Source: Octopus vulgaris (taxonomy: Eukaryota). Taken from it: a stretch of 64,000 bases of DNA. The notes below the pieces were generated by a model that saw nothing but the letters and a program-made list of their open reading frames with translations, had not been told where the DNA came from and did not search any database. Position numbers and translations under genes: made by a program. The DNA is taken from contig OX597814.1 of the NCBI GenBank assembly GCA_951406725.2, positions 62,620,001-62,684,000 of the forward strand, given 5' to 3'. This document shows, piece after piece, positions 39,950 through 53,402 of this stretch (position 1 is the stretch's first letter; each line of letters starts with the position of its first letter).

Positions 39950-41290
39950 TCATTACATCGGATCCACAATTTATTTTAAGCAGAGATATTCCGCACATCT
40001 GAACTCATTTAGATATGAGGAGCATAGCAAATCCATGTCCCTAGCCAACGACATATACCCTCTGATAAATAAGAAAATACTATGTAGGATAACCTGGGCC
40101 ATAATAGATTCTGGTGATCCATACCAAAGCCAGCTCTCTGCATGTGAACTCTGCCTTGAGGAAGCCCTCCAAATATTAATTCATGGTTCACCACGATTAC
40201 TTAATAGACAGCATGAAGCATTCTGCAAATATAGGTTCTATCGTACCTTTAGGTTCTTCCACAGGTCCAAATCAACACACACCTGGTTCTCTACATTCAG
40301 AGTCGTAACAATATACGTACGTATTTTCTTCATCTATTAATACTTATTATCTCAACATGTATATCTTCGAAGTATACTAGCTGCACTAATATTTTTAATT
40401 GTTAATTTTTAATTTCAATTTTTAACTTTTAATTTTAAATGTATCCCCTCTCCTAAAGTTAGGCATCTATTTCTAGCATTTTAAATCTCTTTGCCGACCA
40501 CTGAACTGAAGTTAAATATTCTTTCTGACCCCGCTAAACCAAGAATTCATCTGTCTATTTAATTACCCTTTAATAGTCATTAATGCCGTCTGCCTTCCTC
40601 CTCTACTTTACCAAAACTTTAACACTTGACCCCAAGCGTACTGTAACGAAGAATAATCACGGCCTTTTACCTTTTATCTTTATTTTTACTTTACTTTCGT
40701 CTCATTCTTTTATTTCCGTTATTTGTCCTCATTACTCACTGTACATTCTTATCTTTATCTTCATTTCTATTATTCTCTCTTTCTTTTTTCTCTTCTCTTC
40801 ACTCATCCCGCCTTCTCACTGATCTATCTATCAATCATGGCGTGTTGGTCTATCTAACTGTCTCTCTCACATTATTCACCCATGCGGATCATTTTTCTTA
40901 CACGCTAGCTATTTGATCTATTCTTTCAATCTGAATGCATCATTCAGAATATTGCCTGGATCTACTTGGGATTATACTTAAGAGGCCATACCTTCACAGC
41001 ACTACGCACTAACCTCCATACAAGATAGTCTGTGAACTTCATCCTTCTATCTTTATTCTTCTATATACTGTGAATTCTCTGTCTGGATTTTCCTGCATAT
41101 GCATGTTGTCTTTGATGACGGGATATTCAGTATATGTGGATGTTGACCCATTACCTGGGATATCCCAGAGACAGGTGTAAGACATTAATTACTTCTAATT
41201 CTCACTTTTTGATTCAGATTCACCTTACTCTAATTAAATATTCTAAATGTCTTGATATGCTTGTCCTGCCTTTTGTTTTCCGTTTCCTAT
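39950..41290 (+). mobile_element. Penelope-like element 3' end: GIY-YIG remnant, pyrimidine-rich UTR, hammerhead-bearing pLTR
   Basis: YIGST..FKQRYSAHLNSFR..SLANDIY.L..ITWAIID..PY..ACELCLEEALQIL..LLN; HHR-like motif downstream on the same strand. Confidence 0.75.
41107..41184 (+). ncRNA. Type I hammerhead-like motif (decayed)
   Basis: tgtct TTGATGA c gggatattcag..ctgggatatccc a GAGA caggtg TA agaca. Confidence 0.65.
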
Positions 41291-41317
41291 AATACATATC
41301 TATATCTATATTTATAT

Positions 41318-42160
41318 ATCCATTTCTAAGTAAGTTTGTTCTTAATATTAATACTCATGCGCACTCTTAACCTTTCTGTCCTCCTCCCTTTCTCAGCCTT
41401 CCTTCTTTCTGGTTTCCTTTTCTTCTACCTTACTGTCTCTCCATCCCTCTCTCTCACTCTTCATTCTTTCTGATTTTCTCTACAACCATTCCTCTTTTTT
41501 CTCCCCCCTTCCCTTTCTCTTACTCCTCCTCCTCTGTCCCGTCGCTGGTCAGCGATGAGGAAACTACTGTCTTTTCTGACCTTGCTTCACCCGAGTGTAG
41601 ACGGCATTTTCTGTGGCTCCTTCACTGTTCTCAAAAATAGCGTTCGTAATATTTTATCTCGTTCGGCTTAACAGCCCTTCTTGTCTGTGTTACTGTTATT
41701 CTCCGTGACCTGTCTTTAACTGTTTATATTTTGTACTGTCGTTATTGTCCTGTTTTTGTTACCATTTTTACCCCTCTGCAAAAAGATCTCAAATTTTATT
41801 TAATTTGCTTTTCGCGGGAAGGAAAGTTTTAATCGAAGATGCGTCTCGCCTTCACCTTCGAAACGTAGAGTAGATGAAACCATGGCGACTGAAGAAGGGG
41901 AATTTTCCTTGTGTTATTTGTCCTGTACTCTATTTTTTCGTTGTTTAAGAAAAATGTCCAGTTCCTTGGTTTTGTGTTTATGTTTTCGTTTCTCATTGTG
42001 TTCGACATTTTTTTGTGTCCTGTACCTATATATGCATGTATATATACATGTAGATGTAGGTACGTACATATATGTATGTATATATGCATATGTTTTATTT
42101 ATTAATTTGTTATTACACGACAGAACGCACGCATCCATTTCTAAGTAAGTTTGTTCTTAA
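41318..42160 (+). mobile_element. Near-identical second copy of the 30356-31175 element
   Basis: Colinear match, bounded by the direct repeat tccatttctaagtaagtttgttcttaatat. Confidence 0.9.
41819..41910 (+). ncRNA. Candidate type II hammerhead, copy 3
   Basis: aaggaaagtttt aatc GAAG atgcg TC tcgcc..ggcga CTGAAGA agg ggaattttcctt (12-bp distal stem II including G-U pairs). Confidence 0.65.
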
Positions 42161-42479
42161 TATATATACACATATACATACATATATGCATACGTACATA
42201 TATATACATGCATATATACTCCTATATCTATATGCCTGCGTACACATATCTATATAGTCATATACATATACGTACATGCATAGATACATACATACATACA
42301 TACATTCATACATACATGGCCATTTCATCGTTCTCGAATATATCCATCGCATGAAGTATCTCAGAATCTGTCTCATGTGTGAATGATGATTACAATGTTG
42401 CCATGCTAAATGATACCTGTGTATGATGCTTTTTAAAGTGAGGAGGGACCCAGCACACAATCAGATGCACTTGACATAC

Positions 42480-43130
42480 AAGAATAACGGATACCCCAAA
42501 AAGAAGGACTAGTCAACATCATTGGCTGTTCCCAAGTCGCAAGTTTCACATAAGTTTTCCTTCTAAAGTGATCTCCTTACAAGGACCAAGGGTCTCTCGC
42601 TCCCAGTAATGTGGTACACAATGCCAATATTCTCATTCTCATGATGCTCTGCCGACTTAATCTGTTGTGCTAGCCCTTTATTTAAAAACTGTTTATCATC
42701 TATGCAACCACTGAATTTTCGGAACCCAAGTCACCACTTTGTCGATGATTGCTGCAGGAACTACTTCTCATTAGAAATAGCAGGAATGAGACTGTGTACA
42801 CAGTATTGGACAGCCGTTGATTTTCAAGAGCTTATCCTCCCTTTGACAGGATTTGCATTTTATCCTGCAGGGTATCCAGTCACCCACCTCACTAAGTAAG
42901 CTTCGTGGCGTTGCCAATTTAGCCGCCGATGATCTAACCATGCAGCAAGTAGTACCGGATAACATATGTCCATATCTTGTGTGTAAATTTCCTGTTTGTT
43001 CCTTTGTCGTCCTTCTGTTCAGCTTTTGAATCTTATTGTCTGTACACACAAAACACCCCCACCCACCCACATCTGGTTATCCGGTTCCTCCAGCTTCACT
43101 GCAACGGGACAATATGCTCTTCCATATTTC
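42480..43130 (-). mobile_element. Decayed RLE-type (Dong/R4-like) LINE C-terminal fragment
   Basis: KCKSCQRE..INGCPIL (CCHC knuckle remnant) and a ..LGTA.. terminus. Confidence 0.45.
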
Positions 43131-43269
43131 TCTGTCTTTGGCAAGGGTTGGAGTGTCAAATCAATTTGTGCTACATCTATGCAAGTCATTTTTTAAAGAT
43201 GAATCTCCAGGTTTTCTTTGGCCTATCCCCTGGTCTCTTTCCACCAGCCGATAACCATGTCATTGCAAA

Positions 43270-43487
43270 TACTGATTTCAAATTTTGGCACATGGTGAGC
43301 AATTTCAGGGGAGATAGTAAGCTGATTACATCGACCCCAGTGCTCAACTAGTACTTATTTTATCGGAACCGAAAGCATGAAAGGCAAAGTTAATCTCGGT
43401 GTAATTTGAACTCAGAACGTAAAGACAGACGAAATGCCACTGAGTATTTTGCTCGGCGTGCTAACGATTCTGCCAGCTCACCGCCTT
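43270..43487 (-). mobile_element. Nin-like SINE
   Basis: Family motifs. Confidence 0.85.
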
Positions 43488-43696
43488 AGCAACTTATAAA
43501 ATATTAATTATACTGGTCATTGGTTAGTGTTTTGCTTGGTATTTCAATATTACACAGTAAGGATCCCTTCTTCAGGAAATTTACAGAGAATAGGTGTTGA
43601 TAGCTGAGAAATCAGCTATCAACTTTATGTGTGAAAAACACATAAAGTGATTCAACTACGGGTATATATATATAAATTTGTGTTTATACATCCAAG

Positions 43697-43742
<46 letters not shown>

Positions 43743-43757
43743 CTTGGATGTATAAAC

Positions 43758-43788
<31 letters not shown>

Positions 43789-45459
43789 AGAGTAGAAATA
43801 AATATTTTTAAATAATTGTGTGTGTGTGTGTGTGTATACTTTACATTGTATTATATACATGTGTGTAATATATATTATCATCTTTCTTTCTTTCTCTTTT
43901 TCTCTTTCTCTGTATATATATATATATAAGTTCACACATACGTGCATACTGGCATATGCACATGCACACATACATAATTACAACACAACAGATGGGCACA
44001 AATTTACAAAAGGTCAGTTAATGTTTGTGAAGCTTTGTCATAATATTTTAAATATTCACATCTGTTACATATGTTACATATGGTTACATATGGTATAAGA
44101 AATAATGGTTAATAAACAGAGACATTTGCAGGTAAAAGGCTGATTATCACCTCGACAACTGTCGGCTTTCTGTTTTTCACAATGTAAAAACTTCTCACAT
44201 GAAACATAGTAAGAAGGAGGAATACGGAGTGTTTGCTCCTGTTTCCAAACGTTTATTAATAATCGGATTTCTATAACCTCAACTAATAACATATTGATGC
44301 TTAAATTTCAACTTGGTTTATTGCATAAACTTGCTGTAGTTTGCTGTTTTTCTCTTTGTACTATATAGTTATCCACTAATTTATATATATACTAACGAAA
44401 ATATACTTGCTTGCAAACACCGATAGAATAAGTAGTAAGCTTAAAGAAATAAGTCCTGGGGCCGATTTGTTTGACCAAACTCTTCAAGATCCAATGACTG
44501 AAACAAATAAAAGGTAAAAACAACACTTGGAAACATGGTTTTTGTTGTCTGGTGCTGGAGACACGTTTCCTAGTAATTTTTGGAAACTGATTTAAAAAAT
44601 GAAATCCTTTTTGCTCTATTATATTCAAGCCTTTTCACAAAGTCAGATATCCATTTTTCAATATTTCGTGTATTGTCCCCATTTCTAATGAAGATTTGTC
44701 TTCATCAAACGCAGACCCATGCATAGAGCTTGATATAATTTTGAAAACATGGTTTTTCAACGTCATTTTAAGTAAATGCAACTACAAAAATGAAAACAAA
44801 TATCATGATTTAAGTATCTTCAGTAATTAAGAACATCAAACGGTTAACTTTCAGTTTTCAATCTAAATAGTTTTAAATGTCACGATGATGACAGAAAGTC
44901 CTTTATACGAGATGTTCATAAACCACATTTCTGCGGTTCTTGACATTATACACATCTCATATCTGTGGAAATTGCCTGCAGATATGCCAACGCCGTGCTT
45001 AATTTATTGTGACTATCGTTGAGACACGTTTTGTGGAACCTTTAACAATGTCTTATGAAAATTGGTATTTTTAATGCACCCTTAATATGTTAATAGTGCG
45101 GTTATTAAGGGGACATTTTGTCAAACATGGTCAAAGAACTGTAGAAAGATCTTCATGGTAGGTATGCTCTTTATGGAATTTTACCATCACAAATCTGAAT
45201 TTGCTTACTTTATAACTGTTGACAATTCTGAAAATGATTTTCCCAGGTGACAACTAGGTTGAATATGTTTTGTATTTCAGAAATATGACCAGGTTTGTAA
45301 GGAAAAATGCAAAACAGTTCCAATGTCTTCTGCTATATTTGTAGATGTTACCTAGGCAGCGACACAAAATCACAGATTTTGTGAAGAGAATTACCTTACC
45401 TACTTTGGCATGGAACTGGATGATCAAAACAAAACCTGAGCACTCCATAAACTCTGTAA

Positions 45460-45950
45460 AACCTGTTGAAACACTGAGGCAGTGATTGTTTCAAATACTT
45501 AAGGAGAAAGTTTCCAGCTTTGTCTTGTGAGAACATTTAGGTTGCTGTGTTTGATGGGCCACAGATTAGACGGGAAACAAAATTAAAAAAAAACAAAAAA
45601 AACGCATGGAATATTTTTGCTGCACTTGTGTCTGATTACCTGAGAAACAGAAAGTCATTAAATTATAAAGAATTTATGTTGACCCTGTTAACCAGTTTCA
45701 TGCTCTGGACTGCAACATTAGTGTAAAAGTACATTTACTGCCCAGTCATCTGGAATATTTCCCTGAAAACCGTAGTGCAATAAGTGATGAGCAAGGAGAA
45801 AGATTCCTCCAAGACATCGTGACCATGGAAACTAGATATCAAAGCAGATGGAACACAAACATGATGGATGACAACTGCTGGTCTCTGCAAAGACATTATG
45901 GTGATGCAAGTTTTTCACGCCAAGCAGCAAAGAGAGAGTTCACTCTTTGA
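45460..45950 (+). mobile_element. Chapaev3-like (CMC) DNA transposase C-terminal remnant
   Basis: CFKYLRRKFPALS..FDGPQIRR..CNISVKVHLLPSHLEYFPENRSAISDEQGERFLQDIVTMETRYQSRWNTNMMDDNCWSLQR; superfamily assignment is from recalled motifs. Confidence 0.65.
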
Positions 45951-46914
45951 GTAGCTGAAACTCCAGTTTGATAGAAATATTTATCCTTGGCTATGTAATT
46001 AAACATTTTGTATAATATATTAGTTAAATGATAAAAAGTACTATTTGGCTTGTGTTAGTTTCTTATTTCAGAATTGCATTCAATGGCAAAACCGACATTT
46101 TTTGGTAAAAGAAATGAATTTCTGTTTAACAAAGAACTTGATGTGATAGAAAATTTCTGTATCCAGAACCATCAATTTAGATGGGACTAATTATAAAATG
46201 CAAGACAGCTAAGAATGTTTGCGAAAATGTATCCCATTATTACAGTAAAATAAAGCAGTTGAGCAGCTCTGTTACTTACGGACAAATAATTATACAATTG
46301 TGCTTACTCAGAGAATAGGCTGTTGAGAAAGAAATTGACGTAACTGAAGAAAACTGGCTGCTACTTGTAGTACATCAAGTCCTTACATTAAAGTTGCCTG
46401 ATTGACTCAGGAAATTCTGCAATTCTCGGAGCTGCTTCTTATCAATGGTTTTCCGCAGTGTTAAGTGAATCCAATGAAGGGATAAAGCAAACTCAACAGA
46501 AATTACATTTAAAATTGTTCCCCTGTATAATCCACTTAGTAGTTTTAAATAGGATTGACCTTAAAGTATTTCTGATGATTTCAATTTAGGCGTCTGGGCT
46601 AAAGGTTGAGCAAGCTGGTGTCGAAAGGTGTACAGCAAAATCAGGAAGGAAGCCGATAATTTGTATGTATCCATATTGTTACGTACTGTTTCTGAGGAGG
46701 ACAACGGTTAATAGACGAGTGCTCAACGTGAAATGCTTTACAGGCTAAGTGCTACTTATTCCATACGACAACAGTAGCGAAAGAGATTTGACTCCGATGG
46801 AGTAACACAATCTTGTAAATTGACGCTCGATGTGCTAGAAATAGCTGCCAAATTTTCTTGCTCCCATGGCCACTCCCGAGAACATGTTGGTAAATATCCA
46901 CCATGAACGAGAAG

Positions 46915-47955
46915 CATTTGATGGAGACGAAGAAGTGTGGAGGTGTCATGTTGGGGGTTGTATCGAAGGTCTAGAAAGTGTCTGAGTGCAAGAAGTCCTT
47001 CGTTGTGTGGGATCGCCGTATATAAGTTATTGATATCAAGAGTAGAGAGAAGTTTAGAAAGGCCAGAGGGGAAGGAGAAAGAATTGAAGAGACGGAGAAC
47101 ATGGTTAGTGTCATGGATGTGTGAGGGGAGGGAAGCGACTATGGGGGCAAGAAGACGTTCAAGGTATTTAGAGATCAATTCCGTGGGGTAGTTACAAGCG
47201 AAGATGGAGCGGCTAGGGTTATTGGGCTTGTGTATTTTGAGAAGGAAGTAAATGGTGGAGTGCGGACAATGCGATTGGAGGCGGTGGGAGCGAGACGGGA
47301 GGAGGAAATGAGGTTATGGATATTAGAGGACACAGTCTGTTGGTGGTTAGGCGTGGGGTTGGAGAGCAGAGGGCAATCGAAGGAGGTGTCTTGAGGTTGG
47401 AAGAGAGTTTCAGCCTTGTAGAAGTCTGCGCGTCACACCACCACGGCTCCACCCTTGTCGGCCGGTTTTATGATGATGTCTTTCCGGCGAGTGTTCGGCC
47501 GAGGATATGTTAAAATGTTGGGTACGCCTGCGAAGGTTAAACTGGTCCACACCTTGGCAGATGCTTGCAGAATGATCGACTGTTTGGAACTTGCCAGGAG
47601 CTGGCGTCCGGTGAGATGGTCGGCGGCCCATGTCGGTGAAGCAGTCCTCTTCATTTGATGCAGGTGAACTGTTGTGGAGAGTGCATATAGCCTGACGCGG
47701 CGCACAGAGCTATGAATTCATTACTGGATGGAGTGAGGGGGATGAAGCGCAGACCCTTACTGAGAAGAGAGCGATCAGCCTCAGAGAGGGGAAGATCAGG
47801 AGGAATGGTAACAACAGACTGAAGTGAGAGAAAGGTGGATGAGTTAGACGTAGTAAGGGTAGTGGAAGGTTGGGAAGAAAGAGAGGAGTAAGTGCGTGAA
47901 GGGTTGGAATAACGGAAGGGTTGGGGTAAGGATGAGGGAGAAGTGTATCGGGACT
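46915..47955 (-). mobile_element. Penelope-like element RT N-terminal half (frameshifted)
   Basis: LPLSEADRSLLSKGLRFIP, DIIIKPADKGGAVVVW, PTELISKYLERLLAP..SHIHDT, LDINNLYTAIPH: diagnostic PLE DKG and RT motifs. Confidence 0.92.
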
Positions 47956-48055
47956 CTAGTCTAGCCGGAGCTATAGTAGAAGACACCTGCCCAAGGTGCT
48001 ACGCATTGGGAGTGAATCCGGAACCATGTGGTTGGGAAGCAAACTTCTTACCATA
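47955..48055 (-). mobile_element. CORE-like SINE fragment
   Basis: Reverse complement of the 21319 family. Confidence 0.8.
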
Positions 48056-48076
48056 CATACATAAATACATACATAC

Positions 48077-48138
<62 letters not shown>

Positions 48139-48612
48139 TATCTATGTATGCATATATATATATCTTTTACTTTTTTACTAGTTTCAGCCATGCAACTGTG
48201 TCCTCTACTACCCATGATCAGAACTACATCATACAATGCATCGCTTTTGCTTTTCCCAGACGACCGAGCATGATTCTATGAGAGATTTACTTAGCGTTTC
48301 AAGCAATTCTTCTAACTACGTAGAGTCAGTGTCGTTGTTGTCGCACGATTATCTGAAGACCATCATGAATAAAACTTATGGCCTGTGAATGTATGTATCG
48401 ATTTCTCCTCAGGACTTCAAAACTAAAAATAAATTTGAATCTTAATATTATCTTTGAAATACTATTTCTCTTGCTGTGCTGTCACATTTCATTTTGTTAC
48501 AATCAAAGTGAATGTCATTGTAAATTCCCATTCTACAATTTGTTTGTTGGTTTTATTTACGCTGGCTTGCCATTTTACTTCTTATCCCTCAATAGTGCTG
48601 CTGTTGTTGCTG

Positions 48613-48692
<80 letters not shown>
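48613..48692. repeat. (CTA)n microsatellite
   Basis: Directly visible. Confidence 0.95.
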
Positions 48693-48693
<1 letters not shown>

Positions 48694-48771
48694 TAAGTTA
48701 AATATTCTACGTATGTATTAGTAAATGCGCGATTGTACGTTTATATATGTATGAATGTTTGTATGTGTCCA

Positions 48772-48781
48772 GTCTATCTAT

Positions 48782-48868
<87 letters not shown>

Positions 48869-48990
48869 CCTATCTATCTATCTATCTAGTTAGCTAGCTA
48901 GCTAGCTAGCTACCTACCTACCTACCTACCTACCTACCTATCTACATACATACATACATACATACATACATACATAAATACATACATACA
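48772..48990. repeat. Graded tetranucleotide microsatellite TATC-TAGC-TACC-TACA
   Basis: Directly visible. Confidence 0.95.
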
Positions 48991-51898
48991 TGTCTGATAT
49001 ATTATTAGTGAGACAATCTCTTTTATTAGCTCGCAGCGCACCCTATCCGGTGTCTGTGACGGAAGGGGAGATAACCACACTGAAATGGTTGCAGTCTGAG
49101 TAGGTGATACCGCGAGCTGATTTTGGTGTATTTATATTATTTGTATACAGCGAGAAATTCCTCCATGTTATGCACATCACCGCTTAGCGCTCCCACCCGG
49201 TAAAGTATACATAAACTCTTGCAAACAATATCCCTAAATCCGAGACATTTACTGGAGGTTTTGAAAAGTAGGTATACGTCGACAAGTTTGTATCCAAAAT
49301 ATAGTTTCAGATATCTCAGAGGTGGCATCAGAGGTAAGCGAAATGACTTTTTGATAATCTATATATTGCTGAAACCAACCTAAAATATGCACTATATATA
49401 CATATATGTATAGTAATATACATGATCATACCTAAGATCTTGAAATGGGCATTTGATCTCACATAGTTACATAAATCTAAACGAATAACAACTTTATTCT
49501 CTGATGAAAACCCAAGCCAAATGTTTCGTCACATTTTCAGTATGCACTCAACGTGCGGATTCTCAGTTTCATAACGTTTAGCCTCAAATATATACAAATA
49601 CCTGTATTCAGTGAAGAACTGTCAAACTTTTAGCAACCGGTTCACTGAGACGCCAAAATGTTAACCACATAGTAATGAAAATATCAATCAACAATGTTTC
49701 AGGATTTTTTTGACGGTGCGTACCAAATTTATAACGAATACTTTCGTTATCGAATAATTTGGTTGTGTTGAATGTGTTTACTCTTTAAAATAATAACATA
49801 TATATATTGAAGTGTCGATTGTTAATGTCTGCATTACAGCGATGAATATATTACAAATTAAATCGTAAAACAATCTCTACGACGAACAGTAAATCGGTGA
49901 ATTATTACACAAAGTAGCTCCATAATTTAAGGAAGAAATTGTAATAAAGATTATATTTGAATTTTAAAGATAGTAACTCAATAATACTTATTAACAATTA
50001 AAGAACATGTTATTCCCGTATAACCACCATTGTGCTCATTTGTGTAAATGCGCCATAAACATTCAATTTCTTTCAAGAAATTATGACAACACTTTTTACG
50101 TATCATTAATCCGATTTGATACAGCGTGTACATAGAAGTCAACAGGGTTGAAATATTCACAGTGTGATTTACAATATAACAAAAAATGGCATGTAACAGT
50201 AATTATATACGTTGATCATTAATTGACAAAAATATCTGTACTTTTATTCATATAATTTCAAATATTTTCAAGCAGTTAAAATTTTAACTCATCTTCTTTA
50301 TTACGGTAATAATTTCAAAATGAATTCATGTGTTTCTTGGAAACACATTAAATCTACACCGGTAAAATCAGCCAATAATGTCGAAAGAAGTTTATTTGCT
50401 GTGAGGAGTGAGATATGATATTTTGTAATTGTTCTTCGTGAAGGTATTATGGCTGGTTAAGCAAGAGGGTTGCTGTAAGATGGAGAGAAGTTAAGGATGC
50501 TAGGTGAAGACAAAAAGTTGGACAGGAAAATACAAATGACCACATATAGAGATAATAAGTAGATAATATAGAGATAATAAGTATGATAATAAGTAGCCAT
50601 ATGTGGCTCTCAAATCACATTCAGATAAAGTGGTGTATCTTCCTTGAGCGTATGAGGTATAGTTTGTTGAGACTATCATACGTATAAAATAAGAGTTTCA
50701 AGTGAAACCCATATGTGGTCATCAATACGCAGGAAAATGAAATGAAGACTGGTATGCATATTTATTGGCATAATCCTAAGAAAATAAAGATTTTGCACTT
50801 GAAATGAAAAACGTCCTTTTGTAAAATATACATGAAATTTAATATATAAATTCGAAATTGTATATGGAAATAAAATGCAGTAAAGTAATTTCGTTGAAAC
50901 TATCTATCGGTTTTGTGAATATAAAGGCGTAAAATATGAGTCATACGTGGATCAAGAACGTCTGACTAATAAAAATATCTTCACACGTCTCGAGAGCCAT
51001 AAGTGTCATCGTGCATATATATAACATCATGCATATATGTAACATTTAAAGACAAAGAAAAGGTCGAAAGGAAATGTTCTATATATTTTATAGCTCTCAG
51101 TAAATAGGAAACACGTTTTGAATAAAACTATTGAATTTGCCTTGGTCAGTGAAACGGTTAAAGAAGCGAGATCGATAAAATCAGTATATCAAACAAACAT
51201 TCAGATATAGAGACGACGACAGTCTAAAGTGTTATGTCGTACATGTGGTATGAAGGTGGATAAAAAGCAGCACTTTATAGAATTGCATACACACATACAG
51301 ATGCGACAAAAGATTAAAATGCCGTGGGCCAGGCGAAAAGCGTGGAGAAGCGGGGTTGTCAGATCCATCCCTATTTTTTTATGTTCCAATCAGAATGTTG
51401 ATCTACTCTCCTGAGGGGAACGATGTAAGAATGTCAGAAAACAAAGGGCGCAATAAAGTTAATATCGCTCAATGAATTGATTTTAAGTGGAGCAGTGTGT
51501 ACAAAGCCTACTCACTTTCTCTTTCTATCGGTGTCAGCTGTCAGATACAAAAGTATGTATACTAGGAAAGGTAGAGAGGCAAAAAACAATACTGCATGAC
51601 TAGCATCAAATGGGAAGTACACCTTGCTGAGTAATATTAATTCTAACCGGTTACACTAAGTGAGATCTGATTATAACAGAATATTCTACTATAAAATAAT
51701 CTATATTATGTCTTTCATAATGAGAACTGAAATATCCAAGCTTAGTAATAACAAATAAACAAGTTCATCTTCATTGATTGAAAGTTGACAAAGGATAGTT
51801 AATAATAATAGCTATTAATTGACATTCAACACAGAAACATGAGAAACTGAGAATCTAGTGTCTCCCTCTCTCCTCATGCTATCCCACCATCCGTTGTA

Positions 51899-52640
51899 TT
51901 GGGTTGGTGCATAATTATTGCGGCTTTTTTTCAACAAATTTTATTCAACAAAAACAATAACAATATTTAACAAAAACATCTTTAAATGACGGTCGGCTCT
52001 TTTTCATAAAATTGCGTATCGAAAATTATATCCACATTTATCATATTATTTTCTACCACTTTGAGAAAGGTTGGAATGCATCCCAATCATTTCATGATCT
52101 CAATGAACTTTTTAGTGAATGAACAATCAACAAAAGCCAAGTTGAAAGATGGTTTAGGAAGTTCAAATTGGGCGAAACAAACCTCGCAGATAAAAAGGGA
52201 AGAGGTCGACCATAAAATTTCAACGACCTGGAACTTTTGGCAGCCGTGGAAAAGGACGAAAGCTTGACAACGAGAATGTTGGCCAAAGACTTCAATGTGG
52301 ACCATTCGACCATCGTTCATCTCAAAAAGCTCAGAATAGTATGGAAATTGGCTGGGTGGGTCCTCTACGAACCCTCCAATAACAACAAAGCCGAACGTGT
52401 CCGAATTTTTACCGATTTGCTGCAGCAAAATGAGCAAACTCCGTTCCTGAAGAATCTCGTCAGTGGGGATGAATCGTGGCTTCTCATCAAAAACGTCAAA
52501 AGAAAGGTTTGCGTGCCGCCAGGTGTTTCACCCAGAGGAATACCGAAAGGCGTCCTCTGTAAGAAGGCAATGTAGTGTTTTTGGTGGGACCGAAGCGGAA
52601 TCATTCACTGGGAAATCCTATCAAACAGCAAATGTCACCT
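51899..52640 (+). mobile_element. Partial mariner transposon
   Basis: TA followed by ttgggttggtgcataattattgcgg (Hsmar1/MADE1-like TIR); GRGRP, WVLYEPS, VSGDESW, FWWD..GIIHWE. Confidence 0.85.
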
Positions 52641-52878
52641 TTTCACTTTAGCCTCTTTTTCAATTTCTGCTCTTTTCAAAGCATGCAGAAATTAAAACAA
52701 TTTTACGGAAATTAACCAACAATCATATGATCTCATATATGACGAGTTGACAATATTGCTTCTTCAAACGAAAGATGCCATAAAATAACTTCCTTTGACA
52801 CACACACAAACAAGCGCGAACACACATACACACACTCTAGGTAAACTTCTGTACGAATTACGTTATTTCTTGCAGTGT

Positions 52879-53261
52879 GGTAATCTGTATAAGGTGTTTA
52901 AAAAAGTAAATAAAAAACTAAAGGTGAAATAACAAGGGGAGATAAGTCAACTTACTGTTAACGTTGACATTGGCTATAGCCATCAAAAAGTGAACAGAAG
53001 TTCTTTTTTCTTTGGTGCAGAATTTCCCCATATAAACTCGTGTAAATATGGAACGAATAGTCTGACGTTCCTAATTCTTTTAACCCGCATCCACATATTC
53101 TCCACATTTTGTGTATGGACGTTTCTTATTTGTCGGGTCTTACAAAGTTCTCCTGATGCACAATCACTTCGTGAGTGTACATACCGTTATTTAGGTATGC
53201 GGACCTAATTGTTTGCTCTTTAATTTTAATTTTTTTAAACACCTTATACTGAAAGATTACC
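52879..53261 (-). mobile_element. Merlin (IS1595/ISXO2-like) DNA transposon derivative
   Basis: TIRs ggtaatct..gtataaggtgtttaaaaaa; internal YTHEVIVHQENFVRPD..VHTQNVENMWMRVKR..YLHEFIW. Confidence 0.8.
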
Positions 53262-53354
53262 ATAAAAAAATATATTTCCCAGATTCGTTAATCTCTGTAC
53301 TTTTCTACAAAGTTACAAATTAAGAAATTGCGGTTGGGATAGGGGGATGTATTG

Positions 53355-53399
<45 letters not shown>

Positions 53400-53402
<3 letters not shown>

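Noticed and set aside
43540-43585. Minus-strand CTGAAGA..GAAA
   Set aside because: Stems I and II do not pair convincingly.
49495-49535. CTGATGA as a hammerhead core (also 21187)
   Set aside because: No correctly placed GAAA, UH or stem I.
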